A model generated the notes under the pieces. It had not been told where the DNA came from, made no database searches, and worked only from the letters and a program-made list of their open reading frames with translations. Shown here one piece after another: positions 51,041 to 60,948 of a DNA stretch of 64,000 nt. The stretch comes from Thermoanaerobaculia bacterium (lineage in GTDB: Bacteria > Acidobacteriota > Thermoanaerobaculia > Multivoradales > UBA5704): the NCBI GenBank assembly GCA_044226625.1, contig JBGAGQ010000024.1, positions 1 through 64,000 on the forward strand, read 5' to 3'. How positions within the stretch are numbered: the stretch's first letter is position 1; the number at the start of each line of letters is the position of its first letter. The translations under genes were made by a program, and so were the position numbers.

Positions 51041-52464
51041 CGGCCTTCGCCCGCTTCACGCCGGGCGAAGCTCGAAATCTCCGACCAACGCTCCGGGTTC
51101 CGCCGGAACGTGAAATCGACCGAGGCGAGCCCTTTCCGCTTGGTCGGCTTGGAGATCGACTTCCATCCTTTGCGGAGCGCGTTGAACGCCGGGCCGACCA
51201 GCCCGAGCGGCAGCCGCGAGACGAGCCACCGCGCCCACCCCTGGCGGCCGAAGCGGAACGAGCCGCTGATCACCGATTCGACCACGCGCCGCTCGCGTAC
51301 GATCGCCGCGGGCCGGTAACCGTAGTCAGGAACCGGTCGCCCCCGCCGCGCCTGAGCGTCCAGGCGCAGAAACGCTCCGCGCTTCTTGAAATCGATCATG
51401 TGCCCGTGCATCGTCGCCGCCCGCCGCCAATCGATCGGCTGGAGCGCGAGCCGCCCGGCGCCCGCCATCTCGTCCAGGACCTCGGCGGCCGCCGTGCTTC
51501 GCGCGATCACCACCGAGTGGCCGCCTCCCGCGGTTTCGAGCTCGGGGCTCCAGGCGTCGCCGACCGAAAGGTCGGTCGCCTCGTTCGTGAAGTCCGGAAT
51601 GATCTGGCAGTTGCGCGAGATGAAGAAGGGGATCAGGTAGTTGTAATAGAACTTTTGGGCGGAAAATACCCGCCCGTCCGCGGTCTCCACGCGCAGGTGC
51701 CCCGGCCACTCGCCGGCACGCCATTCGAGCCTCGAGATCGGCACGTCGTCCCGTACGCCGTGGCCGCGAAGGAACGCCCGCACCGCGCCCCGATACATGT
51801 TGGTTCCCACGTACGGCCCGGCGACGAAGACGACTTTGAGGGCCGCCGGATCGCCTGCCGCCTGGAGCATTCGAAGCGCCGCCACCTGCTCGGGAAGGCC
51901 GACGAAGGCGAGCTTCCCCTCGAACTTCGCCATCTCGGGAAGCATCGCGAGCATCGGCGTCACCGCATAGACGCTCTGCGCGGCAGCGAGCACCTCGTCG
52001 CGCGACCGCGCGATCACGGGGCTCGCGACCTCGGGAGTGGGCACCCCTTGCCGGCACACGACGGCGCCGTCGATCCGTCCGGTTTCGAGCAGGTGAATCA
52101 GGGTGGCCGAGATCACGCCGCCCGAGGCGCCGCGCCGCCGGATCGATTCGTCTTTCGCGTGGCCGATCCAGATCCGCTCGAACGGTCCGATCAACCAGGA
52201 CTCCGGCGGCCGGCCGAGGTGGTCGAAAAGCTCGGGATATGGAATCCCCCGCCCAGGGCACACCGCCCAGGCGAGGGATAGATCGGTGCCCAGGGAGCTT
52301 TCGGGGTCGACGAGCCGTGGGAGCGGCCCGCGCGGGGTCTCCTCGAAGCGGAGCGCGCCGGGCGCCAGGCCGACGCAGGCCCCGCAGTGCAGGCAGTTGC
52401 CCGGCTCGACCACCTCTCGCTCGAACCGTTTCCAGAGCTGTTCGGAGAGCGGGGGGCCGCTCAA
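51037..52464 (-). CDS. Coenzyme F420 hydrogenase/dehydrogenase beta-subunit (FrhB/FdhB) family protein
   Basis: [11 protein letters not shown] ferredoxin motif, [20 protein letters not shown]; TTG start overlaps the GT2 stop. Confidence 0.82.
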   Translation of the reverse strand: MSGPPLSEQLWKRFEREVVEPGNCLHCGACVGLAPGALRFEETPRGPLPRLVDPESSLGTDLSLAWAVCPGRGIPYPELFDHLGRPPESWLIGPFERIWIGHAKDESIRRRGASGGVISATLIHLLETGRIDGAVVCRQGVPTPEVASPVIARSRDEVLAAAQSVYAVTPMLAMLPEMAKFEGKLAFVGLPEQVAALRMLQAAGDPAALKVVFVAGPYVGTNMYRGAVRAFLRGHGVRDDVPISRLEWRAGEWPGHLRVETADGRVFSAQKFYYNYLIPFFISRNCQIIPDFTNEATDLSVGDAWSPELETAGGGHSVVIARSTAAAEVLDEMAGAGRLALQPIDWRRAATMHGHMIDFKKRGAFLRLDAQARRGRPVPDYGYRPAAIVRERRVVESVISGSFRFGRQGWARWLVSRLPLGLVGPAFNALRKGWKSISKPTKRKGLASVDFTFRRNPERWSEISSFARREAGEGR

Positions 52465-53432
52465 CGCCGACAATCCTCGCCCGCCGGAGCCGGTGCGCCG
52501 AGCTCCAGCCGGCGCAGGCGAAGCTGGTTTTCTTCGAGCAGCCGGCGGTTCGCCGCTAGCAGATCGGCGACCAAGCCCAGGATCCAGGTCTGGAATCCGA
52601 TCAGGACCAGGATCGCGGCGAGGATCAGCGACGGAGCCCGCACCCGCGTCGAGCCCTGAAGATAAAAGACCAGCCAGCGCACGAGCAGAAAGAAGCCCGG
52701 CGTGATGAAGCCGGTCCCCACCCAGAAGAACGAGCGGAGCGGCCGATAGAGCAGGAAGATCCGCAGGATCGTGAAGACCGACCGCCGCACGTAGTCGACG
52801 ATTCCCTTCACCAAGCGGGAAGGGCGCAGGTCCGCGTTCGTGCGGATCGGCACCCAGGTGATCGGGATCCCTTTCTGCCCCGCCTGGATGATCGTCTCGA
52901 GCGTGTAGGTGTAGCGCGAGAAGACGTTCAGCTGGAGCGCGGCGTTCCGCGAAAACGCGCGAAAGCCGCTTGGGCTGTCGGGGATCGAGGTGCCCGAGGC
53001 CTTGCGCACGACCCAACTGCCGAGCTTCTGGAGCAGCTTTTTGAACGGCGAGAAGTGCGCGATCTCGTCGATGGGCCGGGCGCCGATCACCATCTCGGCG
53101 CGGCCCGCGAGGATCGGCTCGATCAGCTTCGGGATGTCCGCCGCGTCGTACTGGTTGTCGGCGTCCGTGTTCACGATCACGTCCGCCCCAGCCCGGATCG
53201 CCCCTTCGAGCCCCGCCATGAAGGCCCGGGCGAGACCCTGGTTCGCGCCGAATCGGACCACGTGGTCCACGCCATGCACGCGCGCCACCTCGACCGTCCG
53301 GTCGGTCGAGCCGTCGTCAATGATCAGCCATTCGACGGAGTCGACACCCGGCAGCGACCGCGGCAGAGCCGCGAGCGTGGTCGGCAGAGAAGCCTCCTCG
53401 TTGAGGCACGGGATCTGGATGATCAGCTTCAT
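52461..53432 (-). CDS. GT2 glycosyltransferase (polyprenol-phosphate transferase-like, two C-terminal TM helices)
   Basis: [34 protein letters not shown]. Confidence 0.93.
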   Translation of the reverse strand: MKLIIQIPCLNEEASLPTTLAALPRSLPGVDSVEWLIIDDGSTDRTVEVARVHGVDHVVRFGANQGLARAFMAGLEGAIRAGADVIVNTDADNQYDAADIPKLIEPILAGRAEMVIGARPIDEIAHFSPFKKLLQKLGSWVVRKASGTSIPDSPSGFRAFSRNAALQLNVFSRYTYTLETIIQAGQKGIPITWVPIRTNADLRPSRLVKGIVDYVRRSVFTILRIFLLYRPLRSFFWVGTGFITPGFFLLVRWLVFYLQGSTRVRAPSLILAAILVLIGFQTWILGLVADLLAANRRLLEENQLRLRRLELGAPAPAGEDCRR

Positions 53433-53598
53433 GGGTGGCACCGCGGACGGCCTAGCCTATCGCGGCGGGGGGAGACCTCGGGCGTCGGTTTCGAGCACGA
53501 ACTGCAGGCGTTCGAAACTCGCCTCACTCCCCGGGCGTACTGCCTGAGCAGACCTTTTCCCGTTCGCCTCGCGCAAGAGGCAGGAAACAGGCGCACCC

Positions 53599-54519
53599 AT
53601 GAAATCGATCGCCATCTACTCGTCCGAGCCCCCGAGGGGCTGGCTTCCCTGGGGAGCTTTCGCGCCGTTCCTTTGTATCTTGCTCGTCGCGGTGCCCACC
53701 CTCTTGGTCTCCCTCGTGCTGGAGCGTTTTCACCTGGAGGACGCGAAGGGTGACCCCCTGGGTCTGTCGGGCCTGTTCGCGGTACTGATCTTTCACTTTG
53801 TCGCGATGGGCCTGGTCCTCTTTGCCTGGGTTTTGCTGGTCGAGCGGCGCCCCCTTGCGACCCTCGGTCTGAGGGGGCCACGCAAGGCCAAGAGGTTTCT
53901 CCTCGGCCAGGGGATCGGAATGGCCACCGTCACTTCGGTTGTCGTCGCGATCTGGGCGGCAGGCGGTCTCGAAGCGAGAGGGTTCGGTCCTGCCTTGAGC
54001 TCACCGGGTGCGCTCTTGAACATTGGCCTCTTGTTGATCTGCTTCGCCGTGCAATCGAGCGTCGAGGAAATCATCTTCCGCGGTTGGCTGCTTTCCGCGG
54101 TAGCCGTCAAGTTCAACGTACCGATCGCCGTCGTGCTCACCTCGTTCGCTTTCGCCTTCTTGCACTACAGCCCCCACCAACCTGTTCTGATCATCATGAG
54201 CTCTCTCCTCTTCTCCGCGTTCACCTGTTGCTGGGCGCTCAAGAGCCGATCCATCTGGGGGGTCATGGGCTGGCATACCGGGTGGAACTGGCTCTTGGCG
54301 ACGGGCTTCGAGCTACCGGTCACCGGCATCGACGCGAAGCAGCCCGCGCTGCTCGTTCGAATGGTCGTCCGAGGCCCGGACCCTCTTACGGGCGGCGCGC
54401 AAGGCCCGGAGGGGAGCTACCTGTGCAGTGTCTTTTTCATCGGAGCGTGCGCGTTCCTCCTCTGGCGCATCTGGCGCGATCGCGAGACGGGCGGGACGCG
54501 AGCGGGGTCGGCTGGGTGA
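53599..54519 (+). CDS. CPBP/Abi (CAAX-like) intramembrane metalloprotease
   Basis: EEIIFRG, FAFLH, HTGWN motifs. Confidence 0.9.
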   Translation: MKSIAIYSSEPPRGWLPWGAFAPFLCILLVAVPTLLVSLVLERFHLEDAKGDPLGLSGLFAVLIFHFVAMGLVLFAWVLLVERRPLATLGLRGPRKAKRFLLGQGIGMATVTSVVVAIWAAGGLEARGFGPALSSPGALLNIGLLLICFAVQSSVEEIIFRGWLLSAVAVKFNVPIAVVLTSFAFAFLHYSPHQPVLIIMSSLLFSAFTCCWALKSRSIWGVMGWHTGWNWLLATGFELPVTGIDAKQPALLVRMVVRGPDPLTGGAQGPEGSYLCSVFFIGACAFLLWRIWRDRETGGTRAGSAG

Positions 54520-54598
54520 TCTCTTCGTCGAGGCACGGAATCTGGAGGATCGGCTTCAGGGGTACGCAGGGCTCGAATCCGACGCCTGGCCTATCGCG
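54497..54598 (-). pseudogene. Decayed duplicate of the GT2 5' end and upstream region
   Basis: 54497-54563 matches 53370-53436 ungapped at 54/67 by hand count. It translates LKPILQIPCLDEE versus [13 protein letters not shown], with ATG changed to CTG. Confidence 0.8.
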
Positions 54599-54658
54599 CA
54601 GCGGTCGGAACAACGCCGGGAGCGTGGAGCGCTCCACCCCCGGCGCGGGCCGATCTGG

Positions 54659-55063
54659 CTAGCTGGTCGAGGCCTTCGCGATCGAGTCGACCTGAGGCGC
54701 CGCCTCGAGCGCCTGCTTCGCCGCTTTCGACGGTCGGGTACGTCGAATCTCTTCGGCCCGAGGTTTCACCCCGAAGCGGATCAGCTCCGGGCTCTCCAGC
54801 CCGAAATGGCTCTGGAGCGCCGCGGCGAGGACGTTGCGCAGCTTCCGACCCCGCTTCACGAGCGCCTGGCGCTGCATCGCTAGGTCTCGAATGCCGGAGC
54901 GTTGCACCTCCACCCGCTCGATCAGGAGTCTCATCTCCTCCACCAACGCTTTGAACTGGGCATGGGCCTCCCCGGCGTGCGCCACGTCGCCGAGGATCGG
55001 CTCCATGTTCATCGCGAGGACGCCCCAGGTCTGCCGCATGTCCGCAAACGAGCTGACTTTCAT
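54659..55063 (-). CDS. Small helical protein of unknown function; paralog of 10810..11175
   Basis: AAGGGAG RBS; SFA.., LAAALQSHFGLESPELIRFGV motif; basic tail. Confidence 0.85.
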   Translation of the reverse strand: MKVSSFADMRQTWGVLAMNMEPILGDVAHAGEAHAQFKALVEEMRLLIERVEVQRSGIRDLAMQRQALVKRGRKLRNVLAAALQSHFGLESPELIRFGVKPRAEEIRRTRPSKAAKQALEAAPQVDSIAKASTS

Positions 55064-55167
55064 GATGACTGCTCCCTTCTGGGCGAAGAATCGCCCGAGA
55101 GTCCACCGGCAGCGTGCCGGAGGACGAATCCACGGTGGACTCACAGGGAGAGGGAAAGCGGGCGCGA

Positions 55168-55368
55168 CGAGACGGTCTCGGGGGCTCGCGAGACGGATCC
55201 ACGGTCTCGTGAGACCGATCCACGATTCGGAATCTCGGTCCGCGGGTTTGCGAGACCGTTCCACGCTTCGTGAGACCGATCTATCGGTTCGCGAGACCGT
55301 CTCACGTTGCCGGAGAGCGACTCACGATCGTTGAGACCGATTCACGGCGGCGGGAGAGCGATTCACGC
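55168..55368. repeat. Degenerate tandem array, about 10 units of 20-21 bp, core GAGACCGATYCACG
   Basis: GAGAC/GAGAG cores at 55169, 55190, 55211, (degenerate ~55231), 55252, 55272, 55293, 55313, 55333 and 55354. Confidence 0.88.
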
Positions 55369-55671
55369 CCCGGGCCGTCGATGAGCTAGAGAAGGTGGGT
55401 TCCGATAGCCGCTATCTGCGAAACACGATAGCGGCTGTCGCGACTCAACTTCGACTCTTCCCGGAGCACCCTAACGGTCGGTGCTCCCTGTGAGCTTCAA
55501 AGAACCGGTGCTGCGATGAGGAGTCTTTCTCATCCATATGTGGCCTGTCAAGGTCATTTAAGTTGCATTTCGACAACATCGGCCGTGTTCTCTCATTCCG
55601 TCCGAGTCGCGGGCGCGTCGCGTAGACTTTCGCCCGGGTCGGCCGAAGTCGACGCCCGAGGAGGAGATACG

Positions 55672-56469
55672 ATGGATTCGACCGACCGAACGTGGGAGCA
55701 CGCCGACGCCTACGAGGCCTTCATGGGGCGCTGGAGTCGGCCTCTCGCTCGAGAGTTCCTGAAGTGGCTCGATCCGGCGCCTACGGCCCATTGGCTGGAA
55801 GTGGGGTGCGGCACCGGCGCTCTCACCACGGCGATCTGCGAGCTGGGCGAACCGGCGTCGGTGGTCGGGTCGGACCCTTCGGGCTCTTTCCTCGAAGCGG
55901 CGCGGCGGGCGCTCCCGGACCCTCGCGCGACGTTCGTCGAGGCTCCCGCCGAGCACCTCCCGACGCGGCCGGAGGGGTTCGACCGCGTGGTCTCCGGCCT
56001 GGTGCTCAATTTCCTCCCCGACCCGGCGCGCGTCGCCTCGGATGTCCGGCAACGGTTACGAGACGGGGGGATCTTCGCCGCCTATGTGTGGGATTACTCC
56101 GGAGGCATGGAGTTTCTCCGCGCCTTCTGGGAGGAAGCGGTCGCCGAGGACCCGGAGGCCGCGGCACGCGCCGAGAACCTCGGCTTCTCGCTCTGCCACC
56201 CTTCCGCCCTGACCGCACTGCTCGAGAACGCCGGATTTTCCGACGCGCAGACCGGCGCGCTGGAGATTCCGACCGTCTTCTCCAGCTTCGACGACTATTG
56301 GCAGCCCTTTCTGCTGGGAACCGGCACGGGTCCCAGCTTCGTCGCCTCCCTCGCCCCGGACCACCGCGAGCGCCTGAGGGCCCGTCTCGAACTTCGTCTT
56401 ACGCCGAGCCCCGGAGAGTCGATCGAGCTCAAGGCGCGCGCCTGGGCGGTGCGGGGCTCGGCGAGCTGA
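55672..56469 (+). CDS. Class I SAM-dependent methyltransferase
   Basis: GAGGAG RBS; YEAFMGRWS, LEVGCGTG, SGLVLNF, AYVWD. Confidence 0.92.
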   Translation: MDSTDRTWEHADAYEAFMGRWSRPLAREFLKWLDPAPTAHWLEVGCGTGALTTAICELGEPASVVGSDPSGSFLEAARRALPDPRATFVEAPAEHLPTRPEGFDRVVSGLVLNFLPDPARVASDVRQRLRDGGIFAAYVWDYSGGMEFLRAFWEEAVAEDPEAAARAENLGFSLCHPSALTALLENAGFSDAQTGALEIPTVFSSFDDYWQPFLLGTGTGPSFVASLAPDHRERLRARLELRLTPSPGESIELKARAWAVRGSAS

Positions 56470-56508
56470 GGCCTGTTTTTCTGCGCTTCAGGAGGGACGG
56501 ATCGAGGC

Positions 56509-57039
56509 CTAGTCGACCGCCAGGATCCTTCGGCCGGCCGCCGGCAGGCCTCGGAGCAGCGAGAATAGAAGCGAAGGGGTCCGAGCCGATCCCCAGTAGA
56601 GGCCCAGGGGAACCAGAAGGGCGAGGAACAGACCGCCAAAGCCGATCGTGACGCCGCGCAACGACCACGACGAGCCGATCGTGCTGGTAATGCTCGCGAC
56701 GGCGAGGCACAGCAATGCGAGCACCGAGACGCTGATCGGAATCTCGACCAGGAACGGAAGCCTGAGGCGGCGGACGAGAACCTCCGCGAACGCGGTCGAC
56801 GGAAGGAGCAGGGTGACGGCGAGAGCCGTGCTTCCAACGAGGACGACCAGGAGCCCGAGGGGATACGAAGCCGGGCTGCCCAACCCGGCGCCCGAAACGA
56901 TCGCCCATAACAGAAGGGCGAAATAGGTGAGGGTCCAAAGCGCCGAAGCCGCGGCAACCGTGGCTCCGAGGGCGAGGAGATGCCGCGCGAAGAAGGTGCC
57001 GATCCGGCCGGCGGTTTCGAGCTTCCTCTTTCTGTCCAT
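56509..57039 (-). CDS. Hypothetical membrane protein (about 4 TM helices)
   Basis: Hydrophobic ORF from ATG 57039. Confidence 0.6.
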   Translation of the reverse strand: MDRKRKLETAGRIGTFFARHLLALGATVAAASALWTLTYFALLLWAIVSGAGLGSPASYPLGLLVVLVGSTALAVTLLLPSTAFAEVLVRRLRLPFLVEIPISVSVLALLCLAVASITSTIGSSWSLRGVTIGFGGLFLALLVPLGLYWGSARTPSLLFSLLRGLPAAGRRILAVD

Positions 57040-57181
57040 GAATCGAGAATAGCAGCGGACGAACCGGGCCGGAGAGAGAAAAGTCCCACGGACCGACGAG
57101 AGGAAGACCGCGGAAGAGCCTCGGCCGGGAACGGTCTGGTACCATCCGCCCCGGGCGTGGTCTTCGCCCGACTCCCTTTCC

Positions 57182-58222
57182 ATGGAAAAGATCCCTCGGC
57201 CTGCACCCGTCGCTCGCGTCCGCGTCACTCCGGCCGAAGGGGTCCAGGCCGCCGTGCGGCGGGCGATGGAGCTCGCCTCGTGGCGGGATCATGTCCGCGG
57301 CCAGCGGATCTTTCTGAAGATCAACACCTTGTCGTTTCCGCTCGTGCCGGGGACCAACACCTCCCCCTGGGTGCTCGAAGGGGTGCTTCAGACGATCCGT
57401 GAGGCGATGCCCGAGGTGCGGCTCCAAATGGGGGACGCCCAGGTCGTCGGGGCCGACAACGTCCGACGGGCCGAGAAGATCTGGGGCTACGATCGGTTGG
57501 CCGCCAAGTACGGCGTCGAGTACGTCGATCTGTCGCGTGATCCGCTCGAAGAGGTTCCGGTCGACGGCATGCACGTCAAGAAATTGGTCTTCCCGCGCAC
57601 GCTGCTCGAGTCGGATTGCCTGGTGACGCTGCCGGTCATGAAGTGCCACCACCTCTCGACGATCACCGCCTCGCTCAAGAACCAGTGGGGGTGCCTGCCC
57701 ACGTTTCGGCACAACTTCCACCCGGTGCTCCATCAGGTGATCGTCGATATCAACCAGGCGCTCGCGCCGCGATTCACCGTGATCGACGGCACGGTCTGCC
57801 AGGAGGGCAAGGGGCCGCGGACCGGCGACGTGCGAATCGCCGATCTGGTGATCGCCTCGCCGGATCTCGTGGCTGCGGACGCCGCCGCGGCGCGCTACAT
57901 GGGGTTCGACCCGCGGTCGATCGGCTTCCTTACCAATGCCGAAGCGCGCGGCCTCGGGTCGATCGAGGGGCGGATGGTCGGGGACGACGTCGGCTCCGAG
58001 CAATTCGCGACGCCCAAGAGCAACCTGCTCGGCGGGCTCCACAAGCGGCTGCGGGCGTCGTTCTTGAAGCCGCTGCTTTTCGACACGCCGCTGGTGCAGG
58101 TGCTCGCCAAAGGCGCGTTGGTCTACAACTCGCTCCTCTGGTATCCGTTCGTCGCCCGGCCGCGGGCGAAGAAGCTGATCCGAGAAAGCTGGTACGGCCC
58201 GCAGTTCCCTTATCGAGGCTAG
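57182..58222 (+). CDS. DUF362-family protein
   Basis: IFLKIN, NTSP, LPVMKCH..ITASLKNQWG, IDG..EGKGP..G, DLVAAD. Confidence 0.82.
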   Translation: MEKIPRPAPVARVRVTPAEGVQAAVRRAMELASWRDHVRGQRIFLKINTLSFPLVPGTNTSPWVLEGVLQTIREAMPEVRLQMGDAQVVGADNVRRAEKIWGYDRLAAKYGVEYVDLSRDPLEEVPVDGMHVKKLVFPRTLLESDCLVTLPVMKCHHLSTITASLKNQWGCLPTFRHNFHPVLHQVIVDINQALAPRFTVIDGTVCQEGKGPRTGDVRIADLVIASPDLVAADAAAARYMGFDPRSIGFLTNAEARGLGSIEGRMVGDDVGSEQFATPKSNLLGGLHKRLRASFLKPLLFDTPLVQVLAKGALVYNSLLWYPFVARPRAKKLIRESWYGPQFPYRG

Positions 58223-58229
58223 CCAGCCG

Positions 58230-59243
58230 GTGACCTCGGCCGCGCCGGCCGAACCGGCCGATCTTTCTTCTCCTCGCCTGCCCGAGCCATCGGCCGCCGG
58301 CCGACGCAAGCGCTGGATCTCGATCGCGGTGAGCGTGGCGCTGCTCGCCCTGATCTACCGGAAGATCGACCTCGCCGCGATCGGCGCAGTCCTCGCCCAA
58401 TCCCATTTCGGATGGATGATCGCCGGCCAGCTCGCTCTGGGCGCGATCAAGCTCGTCCAGGGCTGGCGGCTGCGCCGCCTGATGCCGAGCGGCACCCGCC
58501 TCGGCGGCCTCGAATCGGTGCGCTTGATCCTGGTCGCCGACGTGATGAACATGGTGCTCCCCTCGAAGATGGGAGACATCGCCAAAGCCTTCTTCCTGAA
58601 ATCGCGCGGGCACCTCCCCGGCTCGCTCGCCCTCTCGCTCACCGTGTTCGAGAAGGCCTACGACGTGCTCGCTCTCTTCCTCTGGTGTGACATCGGACTG
58701 TACTTCCTACCGGGCAAAGGGCTCGCCCTCTGGCTCGCCGCGGCGGGGATTTCGGCGGCGACGATCCTCGGGTTCCTGACCCTCAATTCGGAGGCTTTCG
58801 CCCGTTTCGCCTTCGGCGTCGCGCTGTGGATCGCTCCCAAAAAACTCCAATCGAAGCTCGCCAAGCTGCGCGACGCCTGGGCCGAAACCCGAACCACCCT
58901 CCGCCGCGAGCCGGCCCGCCACGCCCAGGTGGTGGCGATCTCGATCGGCCTCTGGCTGCTCCACTTCGTCCAGCTCTGGATCTTCATCCTCGCCCTGCGG
59001 GCTTACGTACCGTTCCTCGCCCACATCGGCCTCGCCTCCCTCGCGATCCTCGCCGGCCTCACCCCCTTCACCTTCGCCGGCCTGGGAACTCGCGACGCGG
59101 CGCTGGTCGCTCTCTACGCCCCCTACCTGAACGCCCAAACCGCCGCGGCGCTCGGCCTGCTGTTCACCTCCCGCTACCTGGTCCCGGCGCTGGTGGGGCT
59201 GCCGTTCTTCCGGAAGGATCTGGAGGAGATGCGGCGGAGGTGA
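58230..59243 (+). CDS. Lysylphosphatidylglycerol-synthase-TM (UPF0104) flippase-like membrane protein
   Basis: NMVLPSKMGD..KA, FEKAYD, PFTFAGLGTRDA. Confidence 0.85.
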   Translation: MTSAAPAEPADLSSPRLPEPSAAGRRKRWISIAVSVALLALIYRKIDLAAIGAVLAQSHFGWMIAGQLALGAIKLVQGWRLRRLMPSGTRLGGLESVRLILVADVMNMVLPSKMGDIAKAFFLKSRGHLPGSLALSLTVFEKAYDVLALFLWCDIGLYFLPGKGLALWLAAAGISAATILGFLTLNSEAFARFAFGVALWIAPKKLQSKLAKLRDAWAETRTTLRREPARHAQVVAISIGLWLLHFVQLWIFILALRAYVPFLAHIGLASLAILAGLTPFTFAGLGTRDAALVALYAPYLNAQTAAALGLLFTSRYLVPALVGLPFFRKDLEEMRRR

Positions 59244-59270
59244 CGGCGGGATCGACCGCGGGATGCGCGG

Positions 59271-59867
59271 TCAGTCCGACGAGTCTTCCTGGAAGTCCCC
59301 GGAGTCGGAGTCGCTCCAGATCAGCGAGAGGTCGAGCTCCACGGCGTCGAAAGGCTCGGCGCGGACTTTCCCTTGCCCACCGTGGACGGCGACGATCAAC
59401 CAGCGTCCTTCGTGGAGACGGAGGACTTCGAGGGTCTGGGCTCCGGGATCGATGACCCAGGCATGATGGACCCCGGCGCGTGCGTAGATCTGAAGCTTGG
59501 TCGAGCGGTCGAAGCGGCGAGTCGAGGGGGAGAGGATTTCGCAGACCCAATCGGGGATCACCGTGTACGGACCCTTGCGGACCGCGGCGAACCGCTCCTT
59601 CTTCCAGCCTGCTAGATCAGGAACCAGGAGCTGAGGACCGAAGAGCACTTTCGGTTCGTCGAGGATGATCCATCCTCCCGGGCCACCGACCCCATGGCGG
59701 AAGGGACCCATGAGCATCCACCCCAGCTCACTCGCGGCTTCGACGTGCGGTCCCTCCGGACGAGGGTGGACGATCAGCTCGCCGTCGACGAGATGGGCCA
59801 CGACTTCCTCCGGAAGGTCGTCCAGATCGCGCAGGGTCGCGGGGGCGGATCGGCGTTCGGCGAGCAT
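59271..59867 (-). CDS. Uma2/DUF820 endonuclease-fold protein
   Basis: LVDGEL, VPDLAGW, PDWVCEILSPST, K..YARAGV..WVIDP. Confidence 0.9.
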   Translation of the reverse strand: MLAERRSAPATLRDLDDLPEEVVAHLVDGELIVHPRPEGPHVEAASELGWMLMGPFRHGVGGPGGWIILDEPKVLFGPQLLVPDLAGWKKERFAAVRKGPYTVIPDWVCEILSPSTRRFDRSTKLQIYARAGVHHAWVIDPGAQTLEVLRLHEGRWLIVAVHGGQGKVRAEPFDAVELDLSLIWSDSDSGDFQEDSSD

Positions 59868-59929
59868 TCGGTCGAATGGTACTCCCGAGCACCTCTCCGT
59901 ACCATAGTGCGCGCGGGGATCTAGGCGCC

Positions 59930-60790
59930 TTACTTTCCTGCCGCCGCGTTCCGATCGGCCTCCTCCTGATCGGCCTCCTTCTTTTCGACCGCGTGGCGCA
60001 GGCCGACCAGGTTGCGCAGGACGTTGAACCAGAACGGCGCTCCGAGGCCGAGGAGGAAGATGGTCAGGATCAGCCCGAGGAAGCTCCTTACGCTGTCGAA
60101 AGCCAAGAGGCGCCAGGGCTGCGGGACCAGTTGCAGTTGGGTCGCCTCGAGCTGGGAGCTCACCTGGTCGGCACGAGCCTTCAGGTCGGCGAGCCCCTGC
60201 TCGGTTGCCGGGGCGGCCTTGGCTTCGAGGACCTTCTTGCTGGTCTCGAGCACCGAGTCGCTCATCGCGACCAGCCGGGAGCGCAGCTCGGCGTTGGTCG
60301 AGATCTGCCGGAACAGGCTGATCGAGTCGAGTTGGAGGGCGAAAGCGACCAAGACAGCGAACACGGTGGTCGCCCAGCGAGTGCTCATCTTGAACCGCTC
60401 TCGGGCGCGGTCCATGACCGGCTCGAACCAGGCGTCGAGCCGCGCGAACAACTCCTCTTCCTTCTGGTCGAGGAGCGCCTTGAGCTTCGGATTCTCCTCG
60501 GCGAGCGATTGGAGGATCAGCTTGAGCTCGCTCGGGCGAAGCGCCGAGGCCAGGCGATGCTTTCCTTCCGCGATCACCGGGTGGGTGAGCACCTGGTCCG
60601 CGAGATCTTTCGCTTGGGACTTGATCTCCGGGTCGACCTCCCGCAGCAGTAGCTCCACGCCGCGGAGGAGGCTCTTGCCCCGGAGCTGGAGCAGGACCCC
60701 GACCATCTGGACCAGCACGGTGATCAGGAGAGAGAACATCAGGATGACGACGATGAAGCCGATCGCCGAATCGAGATAGTTGAGGAGCAA
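59930..60790 (-). CDS. Hypothetical membrane protein
   Basis: AAGGAGG RBS before TTG; LDSAIG TM helix; LGAPFWFNVL motif. Confidence 0.75.
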   Translation of the reverse strand: MLLNYLDSAIGFIVVILMFSLLITVLVQMVGVLLQLRGKSLLRGVELLLREVDPEIKSQAKDLADQVLTHPVIAEGKHRLASALRPSELKLILQSLAEENPKLKALLDQKEEELFARLDAWFEPVMDRARERFKMSTRWATTVFAVLVAFALQLDSISLFRQISTNAELRSRLVAMSDSVLETSKKVLEAKAAPATEQGLADLKARADQVSSQLEATQLQLVPQPWRLLAFDSVRSFLGLILTIFLLGLGAPFWFNVLRNLVGLRHAVEKKEADQEEADRNAAAGK

Positions 60791-60890
60791 GATTCCTCCT
60801 TTCGGCCGAAACCAGGCGGCCCCCTTTTCGATAGACAGACGCGGTGCGCCTATTCTGCTCTTCTTTTGGCCCTTCGCTGAAAAGCGGGGC

Positions 60891-60915
60891 GTAACATTCG
60901 ATCGGGAGGCACGTT
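60891..60915 (+). promoter_or_regulatory. Candidate autoregulatory ECF promoter
   Basis: GTAACA-N15-CGTT just upstream of an ECF sigma gene. Confidence 0.5.
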
Positions 60916-60948
60916 CCAATGAGTGGAGACACCAGGAGGGACGACACC

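Noticed and set aside
53481-53523. Imperfect hairpin as an integron attC site
   Set aside because: No RYYYAAC/GTTRRRY boxes, no similar sites between the neighbouring accessory genes, and no integrase.
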